A stretch of 64,000 bases of DNA from Schmidtea polychroa (taxonomy: Eukaryota), in the NCBI GenBank assembly GCA_044892525.1, contig CM097885.1:46254001-46318000 (forward strand), written 5' to 3'. Each line of letters opens with the position of its first letter. The stretch's first letter is position 1. The notes beneath the pieces were generated by a model. The model did not search any database. It was not told the DNA's origin and was given only the letters and a program-made list of their open reading frames with translations. The translations under genes and the position numbers were made by a program. Below, piece by piece: positions 41,301-54,760 of the stretch.

Positions 41301-41735
41301 AGTTATAGATTTCATCTTGGACATCATAAAATCCACGACATATTGTGTAAAATAAAAATAAAATCGCTGTTAAACTACTTCAACCGTCTTTTAATTGTCA
41401 CTTGTTCAGTGTATTCAGTAGAATAATTTATTAAGTTTTATTTTCTATATTACCATACATGAATACCTCGTCGAATTTTAACCACAAAACCTACAAATAT
41501 TATTTTACTAAATACAATGAAAAAGAAATCAGTGGTGAAATTTGAAAAAAAATTTCTAATAATATTAAAGTTTTGTTTATATTGGAAATAATGGAAAGGA
41601 ATGGAAAGGAATGATAAAGGTGAAATAAATTTTCACGATGTATTTCAATACCCTTTCTACTACAAAAGCGAATATTTTTCATATAATTATTATTTTTATT
41701 ATAGAAAATCGCCAACTAAGTATATTAAAATATAA

Positions 41736-41780
41736 CATTGCTATATATTTCGATCGTTTAATAGTCTTCTTCAGACTAAG
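41736..41780 (-). ncRNA. Degenerate minimal type-I hammerhead ribozyme in a Penelope pseudo-LTR
   Basis: Minus strand reads CTGAAGA-a-G...ATC-GAAA-TATA-TA. Core boxes are intact and loop III is palindromic, but stems I and II pair only partly. Lies next to PLE sequence. Confidence 0.45.
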
Positions 41781-41899
41781 AATCGTATTAAACACAACTA
41801 AATGAATATAATAATATTCAAACAAATTAACAACTAATAATTGTAATCAAACTGTATCAAAAAGATATTTTAATAAAATTTTAAAAAGCATGTTTTAAT

Positions 41900-41972
41900 C
41901 ATATCAAAATTATTTTAATTTTAAAAACGATATGTTGATGATATTTTGTTAGTGTTTGAGAATCGTGAGCAT
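41900..41972 (+). pseudogene. Penelope-like reverse transcriptase fragment
   Basis: KRYVDDILLVFENREH, cut off exactly at the GGTGAATT terminus at 41973. Confidence 0.7.
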
Positions 41973-42282
41973 GGTGAATTATGAGCTCAATGCGCGTCTG
42001 TGTGCGCGTTGTATTGTGTGATGGGTTTGTGTGCGCACAAAGACGCGAGCAATGTCATTTTTTGGGTTGGGTTGTTGGTGTGTCGCGTCTGTGTGCGCTT
42101 TTCTTTTCTTTGTTTTTGACTGTGTGCGCACACAGACGCGAGCAAGAAGTATGGCAATATTTTATTAATTAGTTGGGTTGTAATTTGTTTATTTTATTAG
42201 ATTTATTGATTGGTATTTGATGAGTTATGTTTCGATTTAAGGAAGTGGAATAATTTGGTTTTTAATGATTTTCGGATAAAAG

Positions 42283-42876
42283 ATGGCTGCTTTTAATGAA
42301 GAAATTTATGAATCTGATAATGTTAATGGTGTTTTTGGCCAACTAATAATAAATTTATTTTGTGGGTGGATTTCCGTTGGTATTCGATGCAATAATTGTG
42401 ATGTAGTAGCTACACAAAGAAAGGTTCCAGATAAAATGATTGAGAAGAGTTCAGCTACAAGATTGTTTAATATTACTGAAAGTACGGGAGGTGTTATGAC
42501 TGGTATGATCCCTGATTATCGATCTCAAGTATGTCATGCACAAATGGAAGCAGCTCGATTTAGATATAAACATGGATATGAAATGCCTTGTGGCATACTA
42601 TGTCGTTCTATTGCGGATATTAAGCAGCTTTCTACCCAATTAACCGAGATGCGACCATTAGGTTGTTCAATGATGGCATTATCTTATGGTATTGACATGG
42701 ACAAATTGTTATTATTCAAAAATAAAATTATTATTCGTGATCTTGAATTTAAACATGAACAGGTACACTTCCTAAAATGCTCACTATATCGGGCTCAAGA
42801 ACTCGAGTGCAAAGATGACGAGCAGTCTCTTCAATGTATGTGTCATTACACCCATTACATGAAAATTGATACATGA
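42283..42876 (+). pseudogene. PSMA6: Chimeric ORF containing an intronless proteasome subunit alpha type-6 fragment (about 42370-42720)
   Basis: SVGIR...VVATQRKVPDK...LFNITE..GVMTGMIPD.RSQV...EAA.FRYKHGYEMP...CRSIADI.Q..TQ..EMRPLGC. The N-terminus is unrelated and the C-terminus is antisense Penelope sequence. Confidence 0.9.
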
Positions 42877-43140
42877 GTTCTAGAGACTTATTAGTGAACA
42901 TGCTACATACGTTTGAACAATCCTATAAATAGTCTAATCTACATGTTTAAGAATATAATGCTTGAATTCTCTCAAACCGTCAGAATAAGGTAATACCAAC
43001 ACATATTTTTGATCAGTGTATTTAGATATAGTTTTTGCTTCTTCCAAACTTGGCAAAATATTAACTTCAACATCCATTTATCAACGGTCTCTTTTATCAT
43101 GCACTAAAGGAAATATTTAGAATATCCATTTTTGATTACC
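42720..43140 (-). mobile_element. Penelope-like element, RT thumb to GIY-YIG endonuclease fragment
   Basis: VIKNGYSKYF...VLVLPYS...YQFSCNGCNDTYIEETARHLCTRVLE (42871-42794). 43131-43174 is an inverted copy of 41808-41851. Confidence 0.85.
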
Positions 43141-43180
43141 ATTATTAGTTGTTAATTTATTTGAATATTATTATTTTAGC

Positions 43181-43232
<52 letters not shown>

Positions 43233-43236
43233 GTTA

Positions 43237-43806
43237 TTATAGTTTAAATGTCGAAAGGAGCATGTTGGCTCTGAAAAACTCGCTCTGGTATTGAGCATCA
43301 TATTTCCTTTGACTTGATTCCTCATATATTAATAACTCATGTTCGGGGATAACGGCAAACATAAAGACCGATTTATAGAGATTCGTGTTCAAATTTCCAT
43401 GCGTCTGTTCCAGTTTTATTGTTCGAATATATAGAAATTCATATTTGGATAATGGATCAACTATCCACTTAAAGTCAATTATTTCTGAACCTTCAATTGA
43501 TTTGAATTTGTTAAACTTCATTTGATCAAGATTTAATTTCCATACGATTACATAATCACATAAATCCACACTTACAAGGAATGAGTTAGTTTCGTTGATT
43601 AATTTCGTTATTGATTCTGAATGTCCATATAATATATCACTCTGTTTGCCATCTTCTAAACTCCATACAATTATAATATCATCCATTCGACCAGTGAATG
43701 CAACTCTCCATTTATTGTCACAAACTTCTGACAAAACAACATTCGAATGACCACTCAAAACATATTCATCATATTCATTATTTTTAAAATCCATATCATT
43801 TTCCAT
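43237..43806 (-). CDS. Truncated WD40 ORF (189 aa), AAMP/Sqt1-like
   Basis: LSGHSNVV...AFTGRMDDIIIVWSLEDG...GHSESIT...LVSVDLCDYVIVW. About 2-3 WD repeats, too few for a full propeller. Intronless and uninterrupted. Confidence 0.7.
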   Translation of the reverse strand: MENDMDFKNNEYDEYVLSGHSNVVLSEVCDNKWRVAFTGRMDDIIIVWSLEDGKQSDILYGHSESITKLINETNSFLVSVDLCDYVIVWKLNLDQMKFNKFKSIEGSEIIDFKWIVDPLSKYEFLYIRTIKLEQTHGNLNTNLYKSVFMFAVIPEHELLIYEESSQRKYDAQYQSEFFRANMLLSTFKL

Positions 43807-45443
43807 TTCGAAATTAATTAAACGAATTTAAAAAAGTTTATTTTCAAAACTCACAAAAACTTACAAAATTTAAACAACTTGACATAAAAAACTCCAAAAA
43901 TATTTCAGCTAAAAATATCAAAACCGATCACAGATAAAATTCGAAAAACTCGACAATTGTCTGCGTCTGTGTGCGCACACAACTCAATCCAATGTCAAAG
44001 CAAAAAAAAACGCACACAGACGCGAAACATAAACTCACAATTCACCAATTATTATTATTATTATTATAAATTTCTATTAATTGCGCTAGGAATATTTTCA
44101 TTTTACATATTTATGTTTCAAATTGTATATTTGTAAAATAGAACAGTTATTTGATTGGATGAATTCCAATCCAGGGATTTATTTAAAGAAAAATAATAAT
44201 TAAAATATTTCACAAACATATGAAAAATGGAAATTGTCTTTGGAAAAAAATAAAGATATCGGTAGATTTTGTCCGTTTCCCCATAAAGTTCGAAATTATT
44301 TTTAATTGATTGAAATTTGTTTACTTATTTCGATTTGGTCAAAGTCAAAATTTGTGAATTTAAAAATTTATCTATTTGCTTTAACAATTCAATATCGAAA
44401 AAATAAATAAACATTGAGAAAACCAAATTCTAGTTTAGGTTATGGATAGTACCATTAGGCTTTCACTAATATCTAAATAAAGTTTTGACAATAATACTCC
44501 AAATAAAAAAAAAATTTTACTCTATTTTCGGAAATAATTTAGTTATTTATAATTTTTGATTATAAATTATAAAAAAATTAACTTTCGTTGATTTTTATTT
44601 TTAAATTAATATTTAGCCAAATGAAATTATAACCCTTTAATGTGTTTTTAAATTCACCATTTATTTATTAATAAAGTATTCAATTGTAAATAAATTAAGG
44701 ATTCTTACACTTTTTATCTTTATAACTTTTAAACCTATAATGTAAGAATATTTTGATATGATTCTTTCATTTTGTAGATAAGGAAAATATAACAAAAGCA
44801 TTTAATTTATGACATTTGAACTTATTACAAAGATTAATGTGTAACTTAATTAAAGAACGAAATAATATTTTCAAAAGTGTCGATGAAGTAAATTCACTAA
44901 TTGAAAGTAAAGAAATAATTATCAAGTAAACTTAACAATGATTGAATAGATTTCAAATGTGCAAATAAATGAGAAAATGTTATTCAAAGAAGCATTGATA
45001 ATTCATATAAATGAAAAGTATGTGTCAAAAGATTTTTAAGATCGAATGCTGAATTATAGTTAATTTTACATTTTAGAATTACATTTTTCATCTAAACTAT
45101 TATATAGATTTTGCTATAATTTGCGAATAAATTACATATAAAAAATTTTATATAGTTATTGAATTTTATATATATATATATATAACTCGAAAAAATATTT
45201 TATTCCATTCTTGAAAGTAAGAAATTTCCAAGTAATTTCAAATCCTAAATTAATATACAATGTATTTTTGTTAAAAATTGCCTGGCGTCTAATTAAGCTT
45301 GTTGAAAAAACAAATTATCAACATAACAAAACTCAAATTTTAATCAAAAATTTTTAAAATTTTAAATTTTCAAGAATAAATTTATATAATTTTCCAATTA
45401 TCTTTTATTGAATTAAAAATTTTTATATTTTAATTTTGATTAG

Positions 45444-45561
45444 CGAGACACAAAGAATTGATGTGGGTCTTACTCTGGAATTATGGAATAAAGGAATCTT
45501 ATGGGATAAACTACTTGGCACTAGTTGGCTACCTCTGATTCGAATACAATACTCAAATCAG
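45444..45561 (+). CDS. unc-13: Unc-13, coding exon 3 (C2A)
   Basis: [39 protein letters not shown]. Phase 2/0, 118 nt. Confidence 0.96.
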
Positions 45562-45700
45562 GTTTGATTATTTATATTATTAATATTATTATAAATTTTT
45601 TAAAAGTTTTTTTGCGTCATTATCATTGACTATAATCTTGATAGAGATTATTTTCTTTTGTTCTTGCGGGCAAATTTGTAGATGTTTGATAGTTGATGAA

Positions 45701-45748
45701 TTAACCTACCTAGGTAGGTTAACCTACCTACGTGGGTAGGACCCACGT
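45701..45748. repeat. Cluster of overlapping palindromes
   Basis: TTAACCTACCTAGGTAGGTTAA (22 bp), TAGGTAGGTTAACCTACCTA (20 bp) and the hairpin ACGTGGGT-AGG-ACCCACGT. Confidence 0.9.
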
Positions 45749-45903
45749 GCTTACAATGTATATGTTGACATCTACATTGCATAAAATTCAGTTTTTTTTC
45801 AGATATCTTCAGAAGCATATCTGAAATTCTTTATTTTGCATGTGTTTATATTCCTAGTATTGGGAGCCTGAGCTTTCTTTTTCTTGTATTTTGTAACTAC
45901 GGA

Positions 45904-45957
<54 letters not shown>

Positions 45958-47479
45958 TGTGTCAAACATTTAAAATGGTTAAAATTGACTTTTTCGGAAC
46001 GTGGAAGATTTCTAAAGCTGTAGATCTGTTAATAATTCCTTGAAATATTTAAAAATTTTCTTTCTCGTAACGTAGGATAATTAGAATTTAAGATGTTTGA
46101 CAAATATATAATCCATTTTTATCCTAACACAAATATGTTAATAATTATTTAAAATAAAACTGATATTTGAAATTTTATTATTTTTAGTTTGTTAGTTTAT
46201 AAACACAATGAATTCATTTTTTACATATGTTGTCTATTAGTCAGTCACTTAGACTCAATTTTACATAAAAATAATCTCAAGAGAACCAAATAAATTAATT
46301 TATAACATTAATGGATCATTTTAGTTTTTATATTATTTTTTATTAGGAATTAATTTGATTCATAAATTTTTGGTTCAAAAGAATAAATTATCTTTAAATA
46401 ATTAATTTGTACAAAACATTTACACTGACCTATAGGAGTTTACAATTTAATATTTTGTAAATTCATTTCAAATAATATTTTAATTATGAAAATTTATTTT
46501 TTCATTATTTAAAACTCTTTGTTACCCAATTAAATCTTGACGAAAAACTTATCTGAACAATAAAATAATTACATATTGGGAATAAAGTTAAAGTTTACAC
46601 TATGAACTTTATTCGACATATGTTAGGTGATTTTTAGAATTTTAATAAATTATTAAAAACATCAAAAATAAAACATTTAATCCAGCGATATTGGATAGAT
46701 ATTTAATTATTTTTTATTATTTTTTAAATCAATTATAAATGTAATTAAATTTTTATATATCAATAAGCTAAGATTTTATTATAAAACTATCTTTGTAAAT
46801 AAATGTAAATTTTCGACTCATAAATCTATAATTTATTGTGATTTTCATTTAAATGTTTGTTTTGTTAATTAATAAACGTCATTCTGTTGAGAAAATCAGT
46901 ATTTAATAAAAACTAATTAGCTTTGAAATTTACTGGATGTTCACCATAAAACATAATTAAACAGCTGAAATAATAATAAAACTGAAAAAAGAATTTCCAC
47001 AGAAACTTGATTTAATTGAAAAAATTATCATCAAATAAATTTCATTCAATTTTCTCCATTTTTAAGACACCCGTTTCCATTACGATATTTTAGAAACCAA
47101 TATTGACCTCTAAGTTTATTGTTTGTCCTTTATTTTGTGCCCTACTTTTGAAATAAAATTAATCAATTATTTTAATAAGTAAACAAATTAAAAATTTTGG
47201 TTTGATTATTACAAATTATAATCTTATACTACTAGTTATTTATTCTATAGTATTTTTAATTCACGGTAACAGTTGTAAGTCTGTATTTTTAAATGTTGCT
47301 CATTTTTCCTTTTTTAACTTTGTATTATCTAATAAACTGTAGGATTTTGTCATTCACTCCTTGTAAATTCACTCTCGCTTTTAAATTTTATTTCTTGATA
47401 CGAATGGAATGAAAAGAACCACAGTCATTGATTATTTCAAGTAATAATGCGCATAAAAAGATAGATTTGCATTTCTGAA

Positions 47480-47810
47480 AGAAACTTTCAGTGTCTTCAC
47501 CAATAGCAATTATTCCTGTTGATTATAACTTCTGGAGGAATATTCTCAACAGGAAATCCAAGACATTTTAGGAATTTGCTAGGATATTCTTTTAATTTTA
47601 AATTATTGGCATATTTTTTCCCATTAGTTAAAAAACGACAATACTCTTGACGTAGCATGAATTTCATTTGATAGATTAAGAAATAAAGTACTAATAAGGT
47701 TTTCATACATAGCCTGTTGTTTATGAATTAAAATTTTCATAGTTTCATTTAAATGCATCTTGATGTTATTAAATTTCAATCGACGATCAAAGTTTTTCAA
47801 TTTGAATAAA
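47480..47810 (-). pseudogene. Possible pogo-type transposase remnant
   Basis: FMLRQEYCRFLTNGKK...KF...ENIPPEVIIN resembles the HTH-to-DDE linker (IPPxxIxNxDxT). Confidence 0.3.
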
Positions 47811-50800
47811 AATATAAATCAAAATAATTTTGAAATACAATTTTTAAAAATTTTAAAAAAATCTGTCGACTTCACATTTTAAAACAAAAAAAAACTTTTA
47901 ACAAAATTTATAAAAATTTAACATTCTAATTAAACTATGTTATTCTTTGACATTTTTATCCCCAATTAACTAATTTATAATCTTAATTTCAATATAACTA
48001 TTATTTTCATAACTGACCGGAACAACAATAATTTTAAGTTTAATCGAAACCGATTATTTAGAAGTTACACATATTGAAACTGATGCATCCCAAGTTTCGA
48101 TAAATCAAAGTGTTTTACCAATATAACTTGACCAACTCAAATATATTGAGTTTCTGCCTATTATTATTGCAATTAAATAAGCTTTAATTTAAATGCATTT
48201 TAGGCATATTGACTTCAAGGCGAGTATAATCTATATCAAATTATCCAGCTTAAAGTTTTTTCTTTCTTTCAATTTCCGACTTGCTATGTAAATTTATTTT
48301 CAGCAATTTATAATGATTCTTGTTGAAACTATTGTTAGATTTCACTCTTAGTTTTAAATTCTTTATATATCTAACAAAACAAGTGAAAAGATTACATTTT
48401 GAACTCTATGTTTCTAAAATATAGTAGCAATTGAAACTGAGAAATTTTGCATAGTCCAGACAGTTACAAATAATGGATTTATTAATTGAAATTATTTATA
48501 TTCTTTCTAAATTCACTCAAAAAATTTTCAATAATAATATTTGTAATTGTAACTGAATTTTAATTTAATGTAATTTTATACTGAAATTTAAAAAAATAAG
48601 TTTCAATAATGTAAATATGAAATATAATTTCCTAAAACTTATTTCTCCGCTTCATCTTTATATTATAACATGAAACTAATAAAGAGGAAATTTAAATTAA
48701 TAATATTCTGGAAAACTTTGTTTAATCAACCAATCAATTTTAGTAGAATTTAAAAGTCTAAATATAAATTTAGTAAAAATATAAAAATTGTTTGATGAAA
48801 GTAAATAAAGTTTTGTGTTTTGCTTTCAAATAATTCTCTCCCACAAGTTTGTATTTGAACATTCGCTAAATTAATTCAAATTCGAAAAATATTGGTTTTA
48901 TGTCTAACGAAAATTGTCAGACATTTATGAAGAATTAATCCAATAAAACAAATTCTAAATTTGCGTGTTGCAGTAAATTGAAGCTAAATAATTTAACTTC
49001 CGATGTTTTCTCGAGATTGTGTTTAATTTTTGTTTAAAACATCAGTAAATGCGGCAATGATAGAATAATCAACTTTTTGCCATTCATTCATTTTGTTTTT
49101 TGAATATTTCATATTTTATTCTCTTTCTTAACAATTGCAATGCATCAATGAGCTAACTGCAATCTTTATCATTCATTTATCATCATTTAGAATGGATCCA
49201 AAAATATCTGTAACATTTTAACTTTGTCTTTTGATAGAATTTAAAGGATAACGATTTGCATGTTTTGCATGACGTGTTTAGATTTTTACGAAAAATTATC
49301 TAATTCTTAGAAATTGGTCATTTTGAAAGGATTTTAGTTGTTTGCATAACACAGAAAAAATATCAGTAAAATGTTTCATAATTTATTTTAATTATTTTAA
49401 TAAATATTTAATAAATATATTAACCAGAACAAATAGTGTAATTGTACTTGCAGTTAACATTTTTGCAATTAAACAATTCTTGTTCTTCTCCAGTTATTAC
49501 ATATGCAAAACTCAGACTTAGGTTGTCTATAATTTAAAATTAAATTTTCAATAAATATTTTTTTCATACAAATAAGTAATAATTTTCAATTTTAAAATGA
49601 AAATCTTCTCATAACTTTTACGGCTCCCTGCTAATTGGATAATTATCAAATGATTTAAACGTTTTTGACTGGCCTCATTTTGTTAGGATTGACAATTAGT
49701 TTTCAATTTTTTTCTATCCTATAATTCACTTCTTTTCCGTTCATTTTTTAGACAATTGTGATAATTATCAGACTTTTAGTTACTCGGTGAAAATCGATAT
49801 TATCTTTCATTAGATAATTGTTAATATTATTATCATTATCATATTAATGAATAATTTATTACAGTCTATCATTTATAATATATTATTAATATTAATATTT
49901 AATTGACTTATTAGTGATTTACTTTTTTATTAATTATATTGAATTTAGTAACGGTAAAACTGTATTGTTAGCCATTTTTTAAAATTCATATTTTAATTAA
50001 ATATCCATTGTTTATATAAAATATTTAAGTTATAACGTTAAAATTGAGTAAAATATAAAGTAATGTACCCGAATTACCCGGATCAGAAGTAAAAAAATCA
50101 TCAAATTGAATGTTAAAATATTTTTTTAAAACGAGGTCATTACTGTTTGCTGCTCATTGGCTAAAAGTCAAGGAAATGCATGAGTATATAAATTACACTT
50201 TACATATGTATCACATAATTTTTACCCAGCTGATAAAATTTTTACGAATTTGTATTATTTATTTTGTTATTATTTATTTGGAAAAACAGTAAACATTGCA
50301 CAAAATTTAATTATAAAAGTTTTTTTTTATTTAGAAAAAAAGAAAAAGAAAACATTACATATTAAATTCACAAAATTCATTATTTATTATTATTATATTA
50401 TAGATGTAGAAAATATGGTAAGAAAAAAATATATTTATTATTGACTTATAAAATGTTTATTTTAAATTAGTTTCTTTTTGACTGTTGGTGAAAAAATCCT
50501 CGGAGGAAACACAATCAATCGACAGTATCGTCATTTAAACGTGAAAGAAATATAATATAGAAATCTTAGGAAATATACTTTCAAAAGATAGGATTTAAAA
50601 ATCAAAATTGACACATTTATTAAAATATTTAAATAAATTGTTATTGGAAGCTTTTTTTATAAATATTTTTAAAAATTTTATTAAAGTGAGCTACTATAGA
50701 AGCTTTAAAAATTTAAAGTTTTTAGTTGGGGTTTCATTTTGAATTTTAAATAATATTTATTTTTATTTTTAATAAATTTTTTTAAAAATTCAGAAAAGGA

Positions 50801-50905
50801 AAGTATATCATTATATTATATTTTTAACCAATGAGAAGTAAGAAAAGGGAAGAAAAGAAAGATTAAGATGTATGTTCGAGAAGAAGATTGCTAAATTCCA
50901 GAAAA

Positions 50906-51181
50906 TTGACAAGGACTATCTTATAGTCGAAAATGTTTGAAATTCCAAAATGACACAAACTAAAAATTTTAAAATTTTTTTATAAAGCTTCTATAATTAG
51001 CTTCTAGAAGCCTAATAAAACATTTCAAAATATTTGCTTAATTCCAAGAGATTGACAAGGACTATCTTATAACCTTTTTTTATCTTATAACCTTTTCATT
51101 AAATACATTATTTGCAGAAAATAACTTAAATTATCACTTAATTGTTTTAAACAATAAATGCTGCTACCAAGAAATCATTAC
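50906..51181 (+). repeat. Dispersed repeat, copies 2 and 3 (see 5718-5837)
   Basis: TTGACAAGGACTATCTTATA at 50906 and 51052. The second continues to AATAAATGCTGCTACCAAGAAATCAT. Confidence 0.85.
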
Positions 51182-52531
51182 TTTATACTTTCAAAAGGCC
51201 TAGCAAAATACTTGGAAATAGGGAATTTAGCTAGAATCAACGAGAAAATTGTGAAATTATACTTCCAAATAAATTTCCTTCGCCGTTGTAAGGAAATAAA
51301 GATCTATCCTACAACAATTGTCAACATCTACTTACCTCAGATTCTCAACAAAGATCAAAACATCAAGATAAATAAAATATAAAGTTTTCTTGTGTATTGA
51401 TTAATTAATTTTAGGCTTTCAAAGCGAAATTTATTTTTAGGTTTTTAACGACATCAATTAAGCAAAAAATTAAATTTAGAAAAATCACTTTATTTAAACA
51501 AAATTAAAAAAATTTGATTCTTAAGCCAAATATCCCACAGATCATATTCCTCACTATTGATTTACTATTCCACTTTTTAAACATGGTCGATGAAAGATAA
51601 TTATAAAATCAATTTATTATTTTATTAAAAATTTTTCATTATTTTTTCTTTAGTTATTTTCAACTTAAAATATTTTTAAAAGTATTGTTTTAATTGACAG
51701 AAATTTTAACTGAAATATTAATTAAATTAAAAGCGTTGAACAGAGAGTTCTAAACAAACCTTTGTACTAATATTTAATGATTTGTAATTTGAATGTTGAC
51801 AAATTTATTAAAACGATAAATAACTGTTTCTTTCATAAAGTAATCAACTAATTTTGTCTAAGCAATAGTCAATAAATGTTTGATTAATGAATTAATAAAT
51901 TCCCCATTTCAGTTTGTTTTTAATTTTAATGAATAAAATAAATTTTATTTACGATGCTAAATTTAATTTGATAAATTTTTCATCTTTGTATTGATTTAAT
52001 AATTAATCTTTGTAAAATAAACTATCAAAGGATCAAAATTAAAATCCACCATCGCTAAAATATGATATTAAATATATATATAAATTTGCTCTCTTTCTAC
52101 AATTTTACTTGTAATATAAGCTGCATTTATAAAAATCTGTCTCTTTTGAGTTTGAATGACAAACCTATTTTTTCTATAAACACTTTAATAATAATAATAA
52201 TGTAATAGATGAAATAAATAAATTATTATTGAAGTTTCCTCAACTTAAATAATATTTTTACATATTTAAAATTAATATGGAGATTAAACACATTTACTCC
52301 CGTAAACTTTGATTTACACATTACTTAAGAATTTATAATATAATAATATATTTAAATTTTTCTTGTATGTAGTTGTTTTTATATAAAAATCTTTGTTACT
52401 ATTCATCAATTTTTGTTTTTAATTTCCTTAATATATTGTTGGGTATTCATATTTGAATGATTATTAGTATAATAAGGGTAAAAATAATTTAATTAAAATA
52501 ATAATAATTTTTTTTATATCATTAATGCGAT

Positions 52532-52652
<121 letters not shown>

Positions 52653-54394
52653 AGTGTTTTAATACTATCATCAATTTCTTTGAAATAATAATACTTTAAA
52701 ATAGTTTGTCGTTTTGTTAATTTCTTCATAACACAATTCTTTATGAATTTGTAATATGAATTTATTTTTCGTGTTTGACGAAATATATATTTAATTTTTA
52801 TGAATCATAGTTATACGAGATTAGTATTTTTTCATATTACTTTTATTACTTTTTTTTATTCAATTATTTTCCTTCAATTTTGCCATTTAAACGTTTAATT
52901 TTCTATTTTAATTTCCTCAACTTTAGCTACTGTGTGTTTTGTTTAATATTGTGTATAATTTACATTATTCAGATTTGATAAAGCATAAGCATTATTGTGA
53001 TTCTCAATCTTTTCAATATTTCTAAATCATATTCAAACTACTTAATTTGGCAATAACCAATTTCTAAATGTATGCAATTTATTTTCCTCCATTCAAGGAC
53101 ACTAGTATTTCATATATACTTAATTTGTAAGCACCCTCATATTTTCAAATATAATTTTTCACTGACTGCGTAAATTAAACTTAAACTTTATATATTTCCC
53201 TTCTTTTTAACTTCATTTATTGGAACCTAAAAATGTTTATATCTTTAACTAATATATATTTTACTAGTCTTTTTATGATAATTCTTTGGTAATCGATTTT
53301 AATTTTACTATCGTATAAAAATATTTGTTTATATTTTTACATAAAATATTTTTAAAATTGAAGAAAACGCTAATTTATCTTGTTCACTGTCAAATTTGAA
53401 TGTTTTTGATAGTTTAAGATAGTTTGTAAATAAATTATCATAATCTAAACTTGACATAGAATAAATAGAATTTTGTCTAAATTTAAATGTCAATTTAAAA
53501 TAAAATAATATTTAAATTTTTTTATTTATTTAATATTAATTTTTGACTCATCATTTTTGAAATACTTTTTTCTAAACTATTTAAATTTTATAAGCCTCAT
53601 AATTAGACAGTAATGACTATCTGTACTCAACCCCCCCCCCCCCCTCACCACGATTGGTAATTTAAACCGAATTAATCTGGATTATATAATTTCAATTAAA
53701 AATTATTGATCACATACCGTTTAATTAATTATTTTAGATCGCATTATAGTGCAATGATTTTTATTTCAGATCACAATGTAGTGAGGTCTATTTTGGTCTC
53801 ATGCTTTATTGTACACAAATTATGGTCATAATATTTTCTACAGGTTTTAAAGGCTTTTTTGATCTTTCGTTTTTAAACACATAGTTTTAAGTCAATCAAT
53901 GGTGAAGAGAATTAAAGATTTAACTGATATTACATGTAAAACATTCAACATTTAACCACTTAATTTACCAGCTCGTATAGACACTAAATTTATATCATGG
54001 TAATTAACACATTTTGTAAGAAAATGTTAATGTCGAAGTCAAATGTTGTCTGGGTCTCTTACTATTAACTCTCTCACCATAGGATATTTTCCATAAAAAT
54101 AAATTTTTATATTTTTTATCAAAAAATGAAAAAGGTTAAAATATTTTATTTAATGATAATGCAAATTTTTTACAAATATATCATGATGTAAAAATCTTAC
54201 TAAAAATCTCTATAGGAACTACAAAACTTGTGTATAGAGTGACATAACATCCAGGGGACACATTTTAAAACTTAAACTATTATTATTTTTATTTATTCTT
54301 TTAAATTTTAATATTTCCAATATAACATCTTGATTAATCGTAATGTATAAAGTAAAATTTATTTTCAAGAACCTTTATGATTGGATTTTCATCA

Positions 54395-54760
54395 GTTAGA
54401 ATGCTGTCTGCCACTAGATAAGATGAGTAGAAACCTATTGTCTAAAATTGTCAAAATTGTCCCACCATTGAAATATCAGCTCCAGCATGAAGTGCTCTCA
54501 TGAATGCCTTAGTTCCAGATCTAGCGATTAGTCGAAATTTGTTGATCAAATATGCCTTTGTTATTCCGATTCCAGTGTCAATAATATTTAAAGTTCTAGC
54601 ATCTTTATCGGAAATAATTTTAATCATTAACTCTTTGGCGGTATCCAAAAAATAATTTGAATTGACATCACGCAAAAAGATTTTTTGTCAGAATAGAAAG
54701 AATCGTTAATAATGCTTAACAGTTGGGCGATTTCTGCTTGAAATGTAAGCGTCTCAGAGT
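54395..54760 (-). pseudogene. HSP90: Cytosolic Hsp90 N-terminal pseudogene fragment
   Basis: SETLTFQAEIAQLLSII..FYS.K / IFLRD..SN / [deletion] LDTAKEL.I...[19 protein letters not shown]...[23 protein letters not shown] ... GFYSSYLVAD, with frameshift, stops and a deletion. Confidence 0.93.

Larger units (their letters stand above)
41973..44046. mobile_element. Composite element with hairpin-bearing inverted termini and captured gene fragments (Pack-TIR-like)
   Basis: GGTGAATTATGAG on the left vs reverse-complement GGTGAATTGTGAG on the right. Each end is followed by CGCGTCTGTGTGCG...CGCACACAGACGC hairpins and an inward ORF. No TSD seen. Confidence 0.6.

Noticed and set aside
53631..53644. C14 run as a G-quadruplex or regulatory element
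   Set aside because: An isolated homopolymer with no supporting context.
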